NCBI GenBank assembly: GCA_050273025.1
Contig: CP158635.1
Coordinates: 15,562,001-15,626,000, forward strand
Length of the DNA: 64,000 nucleotides
Direction: 5' to 3'
From: Cenococcum geophilum
Lineage: Eukaryota
Positions 37,301 through 51,316 of the stretch are shown here, in pieces. The notes beneath the pieces were generated by a model. It made no database searches. It was not told where the DNA came from and worked only from the letters and a program-made list of their open reading frames with translations. Each line of letters begins with the position of its first letter. Position 1 is the stretch's first letter. Both the position numbers and the translations under genes were made by a program.

Positions 37301-38401
37301 AGCTCTGCTTATAGGTAGGCTGGGAGATATAAGAACTAAAAGTCTACCTATTATTTAGGATTAATAAAAGGGGTATATAAGAAGAGGTCCTCTAAGCTAT
37401 ATATATAGGCTAGAAAGACGTCAAACCTCTAGTTCTCCTTTATAATAGCCGTATAGTATATTATAGCGTTATTAAAGCGTCTTACTATAGGGTTCCTAAT
37501 CTAGTCTTAGACTATAGTCTTAAATTTATCCTATAGTAAAGGGCCCTTATCCTTAGTACCTAACCAGCAATAAACTAGTTAGGTAATTGTCTTCTCTTTT
37601 ATAAGACCTTTAATAGCCTAGCGCGTGCGTTGCTTATAGTCATAGTTAGCGTTATTAACCTTAAATCGGTTCTTAACTACGGCAATCCACCAGTTAAAAT
37701 GCTGTTAAGTAGTACCGCTAATATTAGGTAGTGACTTCTTAACTAGGGCGTTAAGATTTGTTTAGCGTATGCGTTCGCTATATAACTTATACTTTTTACT
37801 AAAAAGGCAATAGGAGGGCTTTATTAAATCGATAATACTCTATAAGTTGGCTATTTTCTTAGCTAGCTTATCTAGCTCCTTTATATTAGCGGTATTAGGT
37901 AGAACGCTAGTAACCTTACTAAGCTCCTATTAAGCCTAGGTATATAAGTTAAACTAGTCTCTAGCGTTTATAGATATTTAATTATTTTAAGATTTAGAAA
38001 ATGGCTTAAATACTACTAGTATACTTTTAGCGGTTTCGTCTGCACTAGATCCTAAGGCGTTTTATAGTTATATCGCTAGTGTATTACCGTCGGGTATAGG
38101 CGTCGGTTTTCTTTTCGGAGGTATTATAGAAAAATTAAACCGGCTATCCTCCTAAGGGGATTAGTAAGGATTTAAATATAAGGTAAGAATATAGATAGGG
38201 AGTCTAATAATAGAATAATAGGTATATTATACAGACAGAGACAAATCCTTAAGGGAAAAGAAGGAGTTTATGTGTAAGGTAGAAAGGGTTTTCCCTAAGT
38301 ATATATAGAGTACGTACCTTACGGGCAAGTCACCCTTAGGTTGCCCTATAGTCGCCTATACTTTACGGCTATATAACTATCTACTTAGGTTTTACCTAAC
38401 A
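31309..38401 (-). mobile_element. RIPed Ty3/gypsy chromovirus family 2, copy B, complete
   Basis: 225-bp LTRs at 31309-31533 and 38177-38401, TSD CTAAT (31304-31308 and 38402-38406), PPT complement CCCCCCCCTTT at ~31537. The ORF 35633-35824 is an RT fragment. Confidence 0.95.
32600..32848 (+). mobile_element. Solo LTR with a (GACC)n/(GACA)n microsatellite
   Basis: TGTGGTGG...CCACCACA termini with a 4-bp TSD CTAT. The empty site is seen in the homologous copy at ~47530-47545. Confidence 0.9.
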
Positions 38402-41400
38402 CTAATATCTATTATTGGATTTAGAACTATAGCAAATTAATGCCCACACTAATTGGCAGAAGAAATCTTATAGCGATTAAAAACTAACAATTACACCCGC
38501 TAGGGCTGGTACTAAAAAACTAGTAGAAAGTACCCTTATACCTAAGATAGGTATAACTGCCCTTTAGCGGGCCTCTCCTAATTAACTATGTGCTACGCCC
38601 CTAACTAATACCTACCGTAACACCCCAATTAACCCTACTATAGCTATATACTTTAACTGCGGAAAAGATAGACACTTTACCTTATCTTACCCGGAGCTAA
38701 AAGATATAGGCGATATTAAGGAGATAGAGGAAGGAGAAACGTCCGACAAGTTAAGAAAAAAAGAACCCTAGGGAAAGACTCCCCCCTAGGGTACCCTATT
38801 AACTTTAAAGAGATTAATCTAAGTTAGTTAATAGGTAGAAAACACTTTATAGTTCTATATATAGTATCTCAAAATGTATATAGAGTTAATATAACCGCCC
38901 TTATTAACACTAGAGCAAATAGCTTTACCTTTATAGATATTACCTATATAACTAATATTACTAGGTTCCTAAATATAAAAGCCACCCAGCTAGAGAAGCC
39001 TATTTAAGTAAAAGGCTATAACGGCTAAGCTGGTAAGCCGGTTACCTACATATTAAAGTTATATATTTCTCTTAATAGACGACGCCTATATAGTATACCC
39101 TTCTATATCCTAGACCTAGGTTTCTATAATATAATCCTTAGTCGGAAGTAGATGTCCTATTTTAATATCTGGCTAAATATATAATAAAGGCAGCTTATTT
39201 AGCCGAAGGATAGACTAAAATTACCCTCCTTTATTAAAGAGATCCAAACTAACCGTAGGATATTAGCCGTAAAGGCGGATCCTACCTATAAGTAGGATAT
39301 TAGGGACTAAGACCTAGCCTTTATATAGGAAGACGCCCGTTACAAAGCTAGTAAGAACCCTATACTAACAAAGATACTCTCCCGTAGTGCTATAGTTAAA
39401 AAGGACTCTATATACGGAAGCGGAATAGATAGTAATATAGAAGTTACCTAAGTTACGGAGATTTAACCTATATGGAAGAGGACCTACTAATAGGATACAA
39501 GAGATAGTAGGAGCTAAAGGGAGGAACAAGAAGGTTAATACCCTAGAAGCCTTAGAAATTATATACACCCCTATTATTATATAACCCCCCTATATTAGAT
39601 ATCGCGGCTATTAGTACTATAGGGTTCCACTTTAATATATACCAAAAGGATAATAAGGTTTTTATAACTAGCTTATACGAAATTAACCGGATTATTAACG
39701 AGAAGGAAGAAGGGCTAGCTAAGGAAAGTAATAAGAAGCTGGTTAAGCGCCTCCTTTTTACCTACCTCTTAAGCTATAGAGACGCGTTCTTAAAAGCAGC
39801 TTTAGATATACTACCCCCCTACTAAACATATAATTATAAGATTCAATTAAAAGCTAATAACTAGCTAGGATATAGCCCCCTCTACTAATAATTAATAGAT
39901 AAGCTAAAGGCAATAAAGTAGTACTTAATTAATAACCTTAATAAAGGGTTTATCGAGCCAAGCTAAGCCCCTTTTACTTCCCCTATCCTATTTATAAAAA
40001 AGCCTAGTAGAGGCCTTTATTTTTATATTAACTATTAAAAGCTAAACGCTATTACTTAAAAGAATTAGTATCCTATTCCTTTAATTAATAAGACCCTTAT
40101 ACGTCTAAGCTAGGTAAAGATCTTTACTAAACTTAATATCCGCTAAGCTTTTTACCGAATTAGGATAGACCCTATATCTAAAGATTTAATAACGTTCCGT
40201 ACCCGTTATAGGTCCTATAAATATAAAGTCCTTCCTTTTAGGTTAATAAATGGGCTGGCTATATACCAAAGGTATATAAATAATATCCTTTTTAACTACC
40301 TTAATAAGTTCTGCATGGTATACCTAGATAACATCCTTATATACTTAAATAACAAACTTAAGTATAAAGTTTATATTAAGAAGGTCCTAGAGAGATTACG
40401 GAACGCGGGCTTATAAGTTAATATTAAGAAATGTAAATTTGGGGTAAAATGTATAAAGTACTTTAGGTTTATTATAAGTATAAATGGGATTAAAGTTAAC
40501 CCTAAGAAGGTTAAAGCAATCCGCAGCTAGAAGCCCCCTTATACTATAAAGGGGATCTAGTCCTTCCTTAGTTTTTGTAATTTCTATCGCTAGTTTATCC
40601 ATAACTATAGAGTTATAGTAAAGCCTCTTATACGACTTACCCGGAAAGATACGCCTTTTATATTTAATAATAACTATATAAAGGCCTTTAGAGAGTTAAA
40701 GGATCGGCTTATTTCTTCTCTAATCCTACGTTATTATAACCTAGATTTTAAATTAATGCTAAAAATGGATACTTCTAATAGAGTCGTAATAGGAGTCCTA
40801 TTATAGTTATATCCGGACGCCGAATAGTACCCTATTGCTTTCTTCTTAAAGATAATAAACCCGGTTAAGTATAATTATAAAGTACACAACAAAGAAATGC
40901 TGGCTATTATTTAATTATTGTCCTAATAGCGCGCAGAGCTTAAAGGCATAAATTCTTAGATTAAGGTCTATACTAATTATAAAGCCTTAGAGTATTTTAT
41001 AATAATAAAGCAGCTTACCAACCAATAGGCTTAATAGGCTAAAATACTCTCTTAATTTTTCTTTACAATTATATACCACCTGGGTATATAAAACTCTAAG
41101 GCTAATACTTTAACCTAAAGAGAACAAAATATAGGCCCCTAGGATAAGCTAAAGGCGTAATATTAGATACGCGCCCTCCTCTGTCCTAAATAGCTCGACC
41201 TACGCATCCTTAAGAAACTAAGCTCTAAAGAGAATAAGCTAGCACCTATAGAAGGAGAGTTCTTAGACGAGCTAATGGGATTGGTTAACCGTATTTTAAC
41301 CATAAACCGTACAGCCAAATCCCTAAAGGCCCTCCGCGATTAGGCCTTAAAAGGTAACCCTAATTTAGAAATAAAAGAAAGACTACTTTTATATTAAGAA

Positions 41401-43945
41401 CGGCTTATAGTTCTAGATATTAATAACCTATAGATAGAGCTAATCCGTAAGGCATACTGTTAAGTCTTAATAGTATACCCTAGTTAGGATAAGACCTACT
41501 AACTACTAGCGCCCCGTTACTATTAGTAAGGACATTTATCTAATATAAAACGATTTATTAGAAACTGCCACGCCTATAAACGCGCGGATGCCCCTAGGGA
41601 TTAAACTCCTAGGTAGTTACGTCTATTGCCAGTTCTAGAACGCCCTTAGCAATATATTATAATGGACTTTAAGTTGTTTCTAAAGGACGCCTACGGCTAT
41701 AACGCGGCCTTTATAGTAATCGACTAACTATATAAGCAATCCGTCTCCCTCCCTTGCTTTAAGACTATAACTGCGAAGGATATAGCTCGCCTTTACGTTA
41801 ACAATATCTATTAATTCTACGGCGCTCCTAAATTAATTATCTCTAACTATAGTCCCTAGTTTATATTAGACTTCTAGAATAAATTCTGCCGTATCCTTAG
41901 AATTAAGATTAAGCCCTCTACCGTATTCTACCCTTAGACTAACGGCTAAACCGAGATTATAAACTAGTACCTAGACTAGCGACTACGTCCCTTTATAAAC
42001 TACTATTAGGACAACTAGTTAGAATTACTACCTATAATAGACTACGCGCAGCTTATGCTCCCCTATAATAGTATAGGGATATCGCTATTTAAACTGTTTA
42101 ACGGGTACGTACTACAAACGTCCTTTAATTGGGATAGGCCTATTAAACCCACTATGGCTCGCGAACGCCTTAGCTATAAAGAAGCCTAGGCATTTACTAA
42201 GAGAATACACGGGGCCTAGGAGACTGCTTAAATAATTATAAAAAAGGCGCAAGAGAAGAAAGAGGCCAACGTGAATTAGTATTGTCGCGAAGTAGACTTT
42301 TAAGTAGGAGATAAGGTATAGGTGTTAATAAAGAACTAGAAAACCCAGAGGCTAAGCTATAAGTTAGACCACTAAATAGCTAATCTATATAAGATTTTAG
42401 AGAAGGTAGGATACTCCTTTAGTGTTAAACTACCAGATTTAATAAAGATTTACCCTATTTTCTCCCTAGACTAATTATAAAAGGCTGCGAATAACCTACT
42501 GCCTAGACAGTATAACGACCCTCCGCCGCTAATTTAGATTATAGAGGATAAGGAATGGGAAGTTAAAGAGATTCTAGCAGTTAAGAAGGTCTGTAGTGTC
42601 TTAAAATACTATATAAGCTAGGTTGGCCACGATAAGGACCTAGAATAGTATCCTGTATCTAATTTTAAGTACTCCCCCTATAAACTATAAAACTTCTACC
42701 TAGCTTACTTAGACCTCCCTAGACCACTAAGCAAGTTAAATAGCTGGATTAAATGCTAGGAAGAAGGGTTAGATAATTATAATAATCTAAATAATAATAA
42801 GGAACTTGGATAACGCCTAAGGGCAGGCTTCTTTAAAAGGGGGGAGGTGATATAACGGTGCTGGTGCGCGTTACCTGCTATATTTAACCAATTAGGATTT
42901 TCCATGCCCGGTATAGAAAATCGCTATTAGCTCGCTTACTACTAGCGCCTTAGTAGCCCTCGCGACATATCTACCTACTGCCCCTAAACGATTTTCCTTC
43001 TTCTTCTTCTCCTTAGCTTAGTATCTTTACTAGATAGTAATCTACAAGCTTTGGTTTAGAGGCATTTATGTAAGCCGTTATAATAAAGCGTAGTCGTAGT
43101 ATAGGCTTTATAGAGTTAGGTTTAGGAAATAAAACCTAAAAAGGGTAACACTTTAAGTAAACTTCTAGGGAGATTACCTAAAAGCTAGACGGCTTAGGGG
43201 ACCCCCTAGATGCTAGTACTACGTATATAAGTTAAAGGGCCGTAAGTAGCTACTGTAAGAAATACTAGAAGTAAGCTAATAAAGAGAAGCTAGCTTAGCC
43301 TTTAGAAAACCTAAAGCCTTAGTAGCGTATCTTTTTTAATTATAACTAGGGCCTAATATAGAGGGAAAGAAGAAATATATTATGGTATATATTGTAATAA
43401 ATACGCCCTAGGGCGAAGTCCGACTATATACTTTATACAATAATAGGTACTAAATTAACCTTATTAATTAAGATGTCGTCTATAGGTTTAATCTACCTAT
43501 ACGTTACGCGTTATATTTATATAAACCTATTATATGTTTCCTTAATAGTAACCAGATAACAATCTAGAATACTTATAATTTAATAGTTACTACTAGCGAC
43601 TTTTAGGGTACCCCTTATACTATTAACCCGCAGACCTTTTAGGGCGGCTTATTTAATAGTTATAATATAATTCTTAAATAGGATTAGCTTGCGAAAGTAG
43701 ATTTATTAATTAGCTTCCATTCTAAACGGTTTATCTAAGGTACTTCAGACCCTAAACACCTTTAGATAATTACCCTTAACACTTTCCTAGTAGACATTAA
43801 GGCTAGTAAAATAGTCTATTTGCTATAGCTAGAAAACTCCTTCTTTACGCTAGTTATAAATATAATAAAGGACCTATTATTACTGGCAGCGAGTACCTAT
43901 ATAGACCCTCTAGACGTAAAGATACCGGTTATAAATATAATAGAG

Positions 43946-44132
43946 TGTCACAGTACGTGCCGACTGTCAGGGTACAATGTACGAGGTGACTGTATATAAT
44001 TGATAAACGATGTCGTGTAAGGATCTATGTAGGAGGTAAGGCGGTATATATACACGTCGCTTAGGGGATAGGTCTGTGCTCGTGTCATAACAACACTAAG
44101 TTATAACAACGTATTAGGTCAGTGCCGTGACA
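43946..44132. mobile_element. Solo LTR (187 bp)
   Basis: TGTCAC...GTGACA termini with a 5-bp TSD TAGAG/TAAAG. It is absent from the homologous position in copy B (~36300). Confidence 0.9.
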
Positions 44133-47100
44133 TAAAGGACCTGCTATTACTAATAGTAAGTACTTATAAAGACTCTCCGGTACTAGCGTAGATTACCTAT
44201 ATATAAGGGGGAGGTAATTAAAACCCTAAAACTATTAAGTATACTATAGCAGAGCTATATATACTTTTAGTATAAGTATATTTACGAAATGTATATTAGC
44301 TATACCCTTTTCTCTACTAGCTCCTAGAAGCACACTACTATATAATAATTACTTTAACCTCCGTAGCCCCTGGCCTACTAGATATATATAAAAAGGAAAT
44401 TAATATCTTTTCTAATAAGCTAGTAAGCATACTACTATAGAACTCTAAGTACAACTATATAATTAACTTAGAAAAAGGCAAAACGCTACTGTAAATGCCC
44501 CTCTATAACCTCTTATAGAAAGAGTTATAGATTTTATAAGAGTACCTAAACAGTGCTCTTAAAAAGGGCTAGATTAGGCCTAATAAGTTACCTACTAAAG
44601 CGCCTATCCTCTTTATACTAAAAGTAGACAGTATAATACGGCTATACGTTAACTATAGACACCTAAACAAGATTATAATTAAGAATTATACCCCCTATTA
44701 CTAGTTAGCAAACTCTTTAATAGGTTTAGCTATATAAAGATATTTATAAAGCTAGATCTTTATAATGCGTACTATAGGATTTATATTAAAAAGGGAGATA
44801 AATAGAAGACCGTATTTAAGATATACTATAGTTACTTTAAGTACCTAGTAATACCCTTTAGTCTTACTAACGCCTCTATAACGTTTTAGAGCTATATTTA
44901 TAAAGCTCTAGAACCCCTAATAGATACTATCTATATAGTTTACCTAGATAATATTTTTATCTACTTAAATAATAAAGATAAGTACATTAAGCACGTTAAG
45001 TAGGTACTAGAATAGCTCCGCGCTTAAGGTCTATACGCTAAACTATTAAAATATATCTTTTATACTAAAAACGTTAAGTTCCTAGGCTTTATTATTACCC
45101 CTAGGGGTATTATAATGGACCCTAACCGCGTAAAGGCTATTAAGGAATAGCTTAAGCCTAAGTCCTATAGGGATATCTAGGTCTTTCTTAGCTTTACTAC
45201 CTTTTATAGGCAATTTATCTGGAACTATTTAGATACTATATACCCCCTATACGTATATCTTATATAGGCATATTATAACCTAATATTAGATAGGGAGAAG
45301 AAGTAAAAGCGTAAGTTAAAAGGGCCTACTAAATAGTATTAACCTTAGTCCTAGCCTAATAACGCTTAGTAGGCGTTCTGTAAGCCACGCACTATATTTA
45401 TATAAGCTCTGCTACTTCGCTACTTTAACCCTAATCTACCCTTAATAGTAATTACTAACGCTTTTAACTATACCTATAGCGGTATACTTCTACAGCCCTT
45501 AGAATAGGGATATTAACTCTACTAGTACTTAATTGCCTATTATAGTTAGAAGCTTACTAGCCTAGAAGTACTATATAATACGTATAATAAGGAACTACTC
45601 GCTATAGTATAATATTTTAAAATATAGCGCTACTATCTTAAATACGCCACGTATATAACGCGTATGCTCTATAATTATAATAATCTTAGGTATTTTATAA
45701 CTACTAAAAGCTTATCTACTTGCTAGGCCTAGTACGCTAAAAAAAACTAGCTAAGTTTAATTTTAAGATTAAATATAAGCTAGGTAAAGTAAATCCTACT
45801 AATATACTATTTTAGTGCCCGGATTATACTAAAGGCTTTAAAAACAGTAATAAGAGAATAGTCCTTAATACTATACTACCTATATTATAGTAAAAGTTGC
45901 GGGTTATAGGCCTTATAGGCAGCCCTAGTACTACTATACTATACTAGCGAGTAGTATATATATAGTATACGAGCAACCCTTATAAACTTAGCGCCGGCGG
46001 GCTAGAGTGTCCTACTATTCTCTTTAAGACTACTTTAACTAGCCTAATAGCGCTTAACCTTAGGAAAGACCCCTTAGCCTAGGCTACGGTCCCCTATAAT
46101 AACTTAGCGAGTTACCTATATATTATATATTACTTCGCTAGCACTAACTTTACGCAAAGTCTTATACTGCGGCAAGAGGTAGTAGTAGCTACTTTAGCCG
46201 AAACGGCGTTTACAAAATACCCCCCTAAGTTACTAGTTAATTTTATTTATAGAGAATAAAAAAGGGACGCCTTTATACACTTTATATATAATTAGTTAGT
46301 ATAGAAATGAGTTCCTACTAGTAATAAGGACTATGCCCTTAATAGTTAAGGACTTTTAAGCCAAAATAATAAGATCTAGGTGCTAAATTATATACTACTA
46401 TAATAGGAGATCCTTAAGCGGAATTATAACAATCCTATAGGCGGCTATTATGGTTTTAACCGTACTTTTAAGGTAATTATATAGAAGTATACTTAGAACG
46501 GCCTTACTTAGGATCTTTATAAATACCTAGATAATTATAATGCCTACTAACGCTTTAAATCGCGCCGCTATAAACCCTATAGTAAGCTATGGCCTCTTTA
46601 AGTCCCACCTAAGCCTAGTAGTATTATTTACTTAACTTTATTATATATCTCTTAGAGTCTAAGATTCCTAATAGCGTAGAGTATAACTCCGTCCTTATCC
46701 TTATAAACTATTTTATAAAGCTAGTACGCTACTATCTAGTATATAAGATAATTAATGCTATATAACTTGTAAAACTCTTATTTAGAGTCTTTATGTAAAT
46801 AGGGCCTCTAAATAATATTATCTCTAATAGGGGTAGTATATTTATAAGCGAGTACTAAAGTACTATAGATAGATAGTTAGACAGAGCGTTAGAACTAGGA
46901 GCTTAAGGTATACCTATATATATTTACAAACTAGGAACAGTCTAATTAGGCCTCCCTACTTAAAGAAGTAGCCTTTACCTATAACTTTAAGGTCTATCCT
47001 ATAATAAAGCGTTCCCCTATTAAGCTCGCCTATAGCTAGCTATTAAATATCCTAAATAGAGTTCTAAATAGCATCTAAGACGCCTAGTAAGGTAGGGAGG

Positions 47101-48326
47101 GATCTAAGTTAATAAATATCTAACTTGTAGAGATATATTTATAACACCTACGCCTTATATATAAGGTAGCGGCGGCGTCAATAATATATGCCTAAAAGCT
47201 TTAGGTAAAATACTATAATCGTTACTATCTAGCTAAGCATTTTGCCGTTAGTAAATAAGTCCTACTTTCTTCTAAGAATATCTATATAAAACGTCCTTAT
47301 AAGAAGCTTAATAGTAAGTTTATAGGACCGTTTTAAATCCTAAAGTATATAGGGTAGTAAGTATATAAGCTAGAGCTTCTACTTACTATAGTATAGCTCT
47401 ACCTAGTCTTTTATATCTTCCTACTAAAGCCTTATAGGTTACGTCCTAGGTTTTAACCCCTAGTAGTAAAAGGGCTTAAGAAAGGCAGCTAGGAAGTAGA
47501 AGTAATTATCGCCTACTAAAATCGTGCTAGATAACTATAGTACCTTATTAAATAGCTAAGATAGCTAAATAAGTATAATAAATAGAAATATAATATAGAA
47601 CTTAAGAATTATTAATAATTACTAGACGAGTACTATAAGCGGATATTAGGACGCTAAGGCTCTAAGGGTATATAGTAATATAATAATAATAGTGGGATAT
47701 AAGGAGTATCTGGTTCTTAATAAAGTAGAACTATAGAACTAAATTCTGCTATTCTCTAATGTGGGGTAAGTATGTTTTATAGGCGCCTCACCTGCGCCTT
47801 GCCTGCGCTAAGCCAGTTACGGCTAGTACGTCTTTATAGCCTAATAATTGCCCCCCCCCCTTCTTAAGCAGCTGTTTTTAGCCGATGCTATTATATAATA
47901 GGAGTGCTATTATTATCTTTTACTCTATTAAAAAAGAAAATGGAGATCTGACTACCGGTTTTAGAGGGTTCTATCGCCGTTTTTAGAGGTCACGTCGCCA
48001 AAACTCCCCGCCGCCCTAAGCCTCTTACTTACCGCCCTATACCCTTACTTTTTAACAGGTAGACTATAATCTTCTATACGCCTAGCGCTAAAGCTATATA
48101 ACTCTATAGCTCCCACCTCTAATCCGTTTAATCTAGGCCCCGTTTCTCTTATTCTCTACCCCCCTATCTCCTTAACCCTATATTGCTCTTTAGATCCTTC
48201 CCACCGTTATTACCCTCTAGGTCCCTTCCGTTGCTACTACCCTAAGTTCTCTTCTAGCTCCCTAGAATACGGCGCGCTTAATTATTAAATTGTAGCTTAT
48301 TATCTAGTGTTACTAATAATAAGTAT

Positions 48327-50785
48327 ATAGACACGGATAGCGACGGTAATAGCTACGGGATAGAACCAACCGTCTTTAACAGTAATGCCGATAGTAATGC
48401 CGATAGTAACGCCGACTATAACGCCGATAGTAGTATTAACTATAACGCTAATAGCATTGCTAAATCTAACAATGCTTATAAAGCGCCTACTTAAGTATAG
48501 CTTTATAAGGATTAAGATTATCTACTAAAATACTACCTTAAACAGTTAAAAGAGTTTAAGGAATCCGATTTTATAATATAGAACTACGCCAATAGTAGTA
48601 CGAATCTCCTTAACCGTATTAAAGATTAATAGTATTAGTAAGTAATAACCTATTCTACGGCTTTCTCTTAGGCTTAACCTAGAGCTGACTATTTCTAGAT
48701 ACTGCACCTATATAAGGAAAGACCCTAAGAAAACGTACTAAGTCCTCTCGCTTTAGCTACTTTATAGCTTTTTTAACTAGCTCCTAAATTAGAAACGAGG
48801 GAAGGGGGGTAGGAAATAGTGTGGGATAAAGCTTTCTAGCTTGCTTAGTGTATACTAGAAGTACTATTGCCTTATATATAAGAGAGCAACTAGTAGGAAA
48901 ATTGCTAGTAAATTAACCCGCTAGATATATAAGGTAATTACGTTCCTAGTTAACCCTTTAGCCTAGTAAAATAAGGCGGAGCTAAAATATCTTTTTTAGG
49001 TACTTCGGAAACTGGTAAAAAAATATAGCTTAAGTAATAAGAAGCGAGAAAAGCCCGTTATAGATATAGAGGATCTCGCCCTAGTTCTTAAAACTAACTT
49101 AGTTATAACAAGAAAAAGATATATAGTTAGGCGACATTAGATACAAGTCCATTTCTTACTATAGCTAGGCTTTTACACTATAAGCCGACCTAAAGCTCTT
49201 CTTAATCTATGCTACTAATATATAATAGTTACACTTATTTATAACCTAGAAGGCGGGCCTTATAAAATTATGCTTAAGTTTATATTCAAATTCACTAAGG
49301 AATATCTTAGTATAAAAGAAGCATACGTTCTCTTTCTACCCTATTCCTCTTACCTTATACTTATAGAGAACTAGTAATACTTTCCTAATTCCTAAGATTA
49401 TCTTTAACCCTTTACTTATTCTTAGCCCTTATATCTTTCTCCTAGGCCTTCTCTTTACTAACTAAGCTTTTATACCCCCTAATCTAATATCCGCAAAGCA
49501 GCTTAGTAAGCTATATATTAAGCCTAGGCGTAATAAGTTGCCGCTACCACTCCGTTCAGACCTAGATAATATCCCCGTATTTTAGCAATTAATTAAAAAC
49601 CCCTATAGCCACAAGGTCTTACTTAACGAGCCTTTACTATACTTAACTCTTTTGCCCTAGATTAAGGACCTTAGCGTAATTATGGGATTTCGGCAGGTTA
49701 CGCGCCTATATAGTCTCTATTACGGCGTAGGCAAGGCATTTAATAAAAATAGTAAGTTCTATTATATAGAGCTAGTTCTACTAAAACCTTTCTAACGCCT
49801 ATACTACCTAGATAACGTAAGTGACGCCCTCTAGAACCTAATAATGTAGCATACTAACGCTTAAACATTCCTAAAGCACTACCTTCCGTAACGTGTTGGC
49901 GTAGATATACAGGCAATTATTTAAGGCTTAAAGCCTTAAGAAAAGTTAATAAAAGCAGTATACTGAATAAGCCGATTAATTAACTTACGGCGGCTATAGC
50001 ACCTAATAACAGAACAATCCTTATCGGTAAACGAGAACCTGCATATTTATTCCTTAATTAAAGTTCAAAATAAGCTAAAGCTTAGCCTTAAGCGTAAAAC
50101 CATAGGAAGTATAGAATACTAAAAGCTTAGCCGAGAAATTACAAATAAAAGGCAACATTAGAGAAATGCGCTATTAGAAAATATTAAGAAGAATTAGGAT
50201 AATAAATAAGCTATAATTAATATTAAGCGGCAACTTTCTGGGGTTATATTTAGCGAGGATATTAAAGCAACCTTAAAATCTAGTAATAATAGATCGGTCA
50301 AACATAAACGCCTTATTAAAGTAATTATAACGCTACCTAGCACGTTACTAGAAGATAAGATACGTAGATATAATAATGCTATTAATACGGTCGTAGATTA
50401 CTGTAATATTAAGGAGGGTAGAGTATACCGGTTAAGTTATTACTAGAGATAGTTTAGGATAGATATCGCCCTTAGCCAAATTAAGATTAAAGAAGATACT
50501 AAGATTTTAGAAGCGGCTAAAGCGCTAAAGAGGGTAAGGTTATCCTTATATAAGGAGAAAAGACCAAAAATATACTTTATCTGCCTTAGGAATAAAAAGC
50601 TTATAATTAGTAAGCGTATATATAAGTTCTATACTCCAGCTGCTATTATAAAACATTTCTAAGGCAGTTATCTCTCTAAACTCCTATAGTAGGGTAAGAT
50701 TAAATATAACGTTTATAAAGTAACCCTTAAGCATAAAATGTATCTTTAAAACTATGTGCTTAGTATATATAGGACCTTTTCCTAG
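48327..50785 (+). pseudogene. RIPed DUF3435 tyrosine recombinase (Starship captain-like) with a C-terminal C2H2 finger
   Basis: De-RIPed motifs KREKPVMDIEDL (~49042), YTASRPKALL (~49174-49203), FPIPEIIFDP.LILSPH (~49381), YSLRYGAG (~49709), MQHANAQTFLKHYL (~49843-49884), C..C...HLQNHA...HG (~50705-50775). There is an acidic N-terminal repeat and several GT-AG introns. The start is approximate. Confidence 0.85.
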
Positions 50786-51316
50786 TTATTACGCGCTTAT
50801 CTTATTATTCTTTACCACTTTTTATTTTACTTTAGTCTGTTATTATCTAATCCTATTATAGTATTTAATAGAATAGATATAATAACTAGGATTTTATAAT
50901 TCGTCTAGAAGGGGTAATAGGTAGGGTAAGAGATAAGGGCTCCTCTTTAGCCTCGCTATATAAGCCTTACGCGTTATAAAATAAACTAAAACTAATAATT
51001 ATAGACTAGAAAACGCTGCCTCCTTATATTATAGCTTAGTATTTTAACTAAGCCCTATAAAGCCTTAATCTAAGCTATATTAGGTTAGCTTAACTTTTCC
51101 ATACCTAATCTTTAATCCTCGCGTTCGCTTATATCTTACTTTCTTTCTTATACTTTTCTCCCTAGTTATTTCCTTATTATAAGACGCGCCCGACATATTC
51201 TTAACCTCCCTATATTTATTTGCTATTATACCGTCCTTATATACTAGCCTCTTTAACCTCCTTTCCCCGCCTACCTACCCACCCTTCCAACGTAGCTTTT
51301 AGCGCGTTTGCTTACA

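Larger units (their letters stand above)
30042..43082 (+). mobile_element. RIPed Ty3/gypsy chromovirus family 3, complete
   Basis: 232-bp LTRs at 30042-30273 and 42851-43082, TSD ATAAA (30037-30041 and 43083-43087), PPT at ~42835-42848. Gag knuckle ~38653, protease ~38900, RT YLDD 40321, integrase ~41450-42300, chromodomain ~42555-42700. Confidence 0.95.
28812..47645 (+). mobile_element. RIPed Ty3/gypsy chromovirus family 2, copy A (5' LTR 28812-29026, split by family 3, 3'-truncated)
   Basis: LTR and gag are the reverse complement of copy B. Gag resumes at 43088 after the nested insertion. RT YLDD at 44941, integrase ~46400-47300, chromodomain ~47490-47640. Similarity to copy B stops at ~47645. 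Confidence 0.9.
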
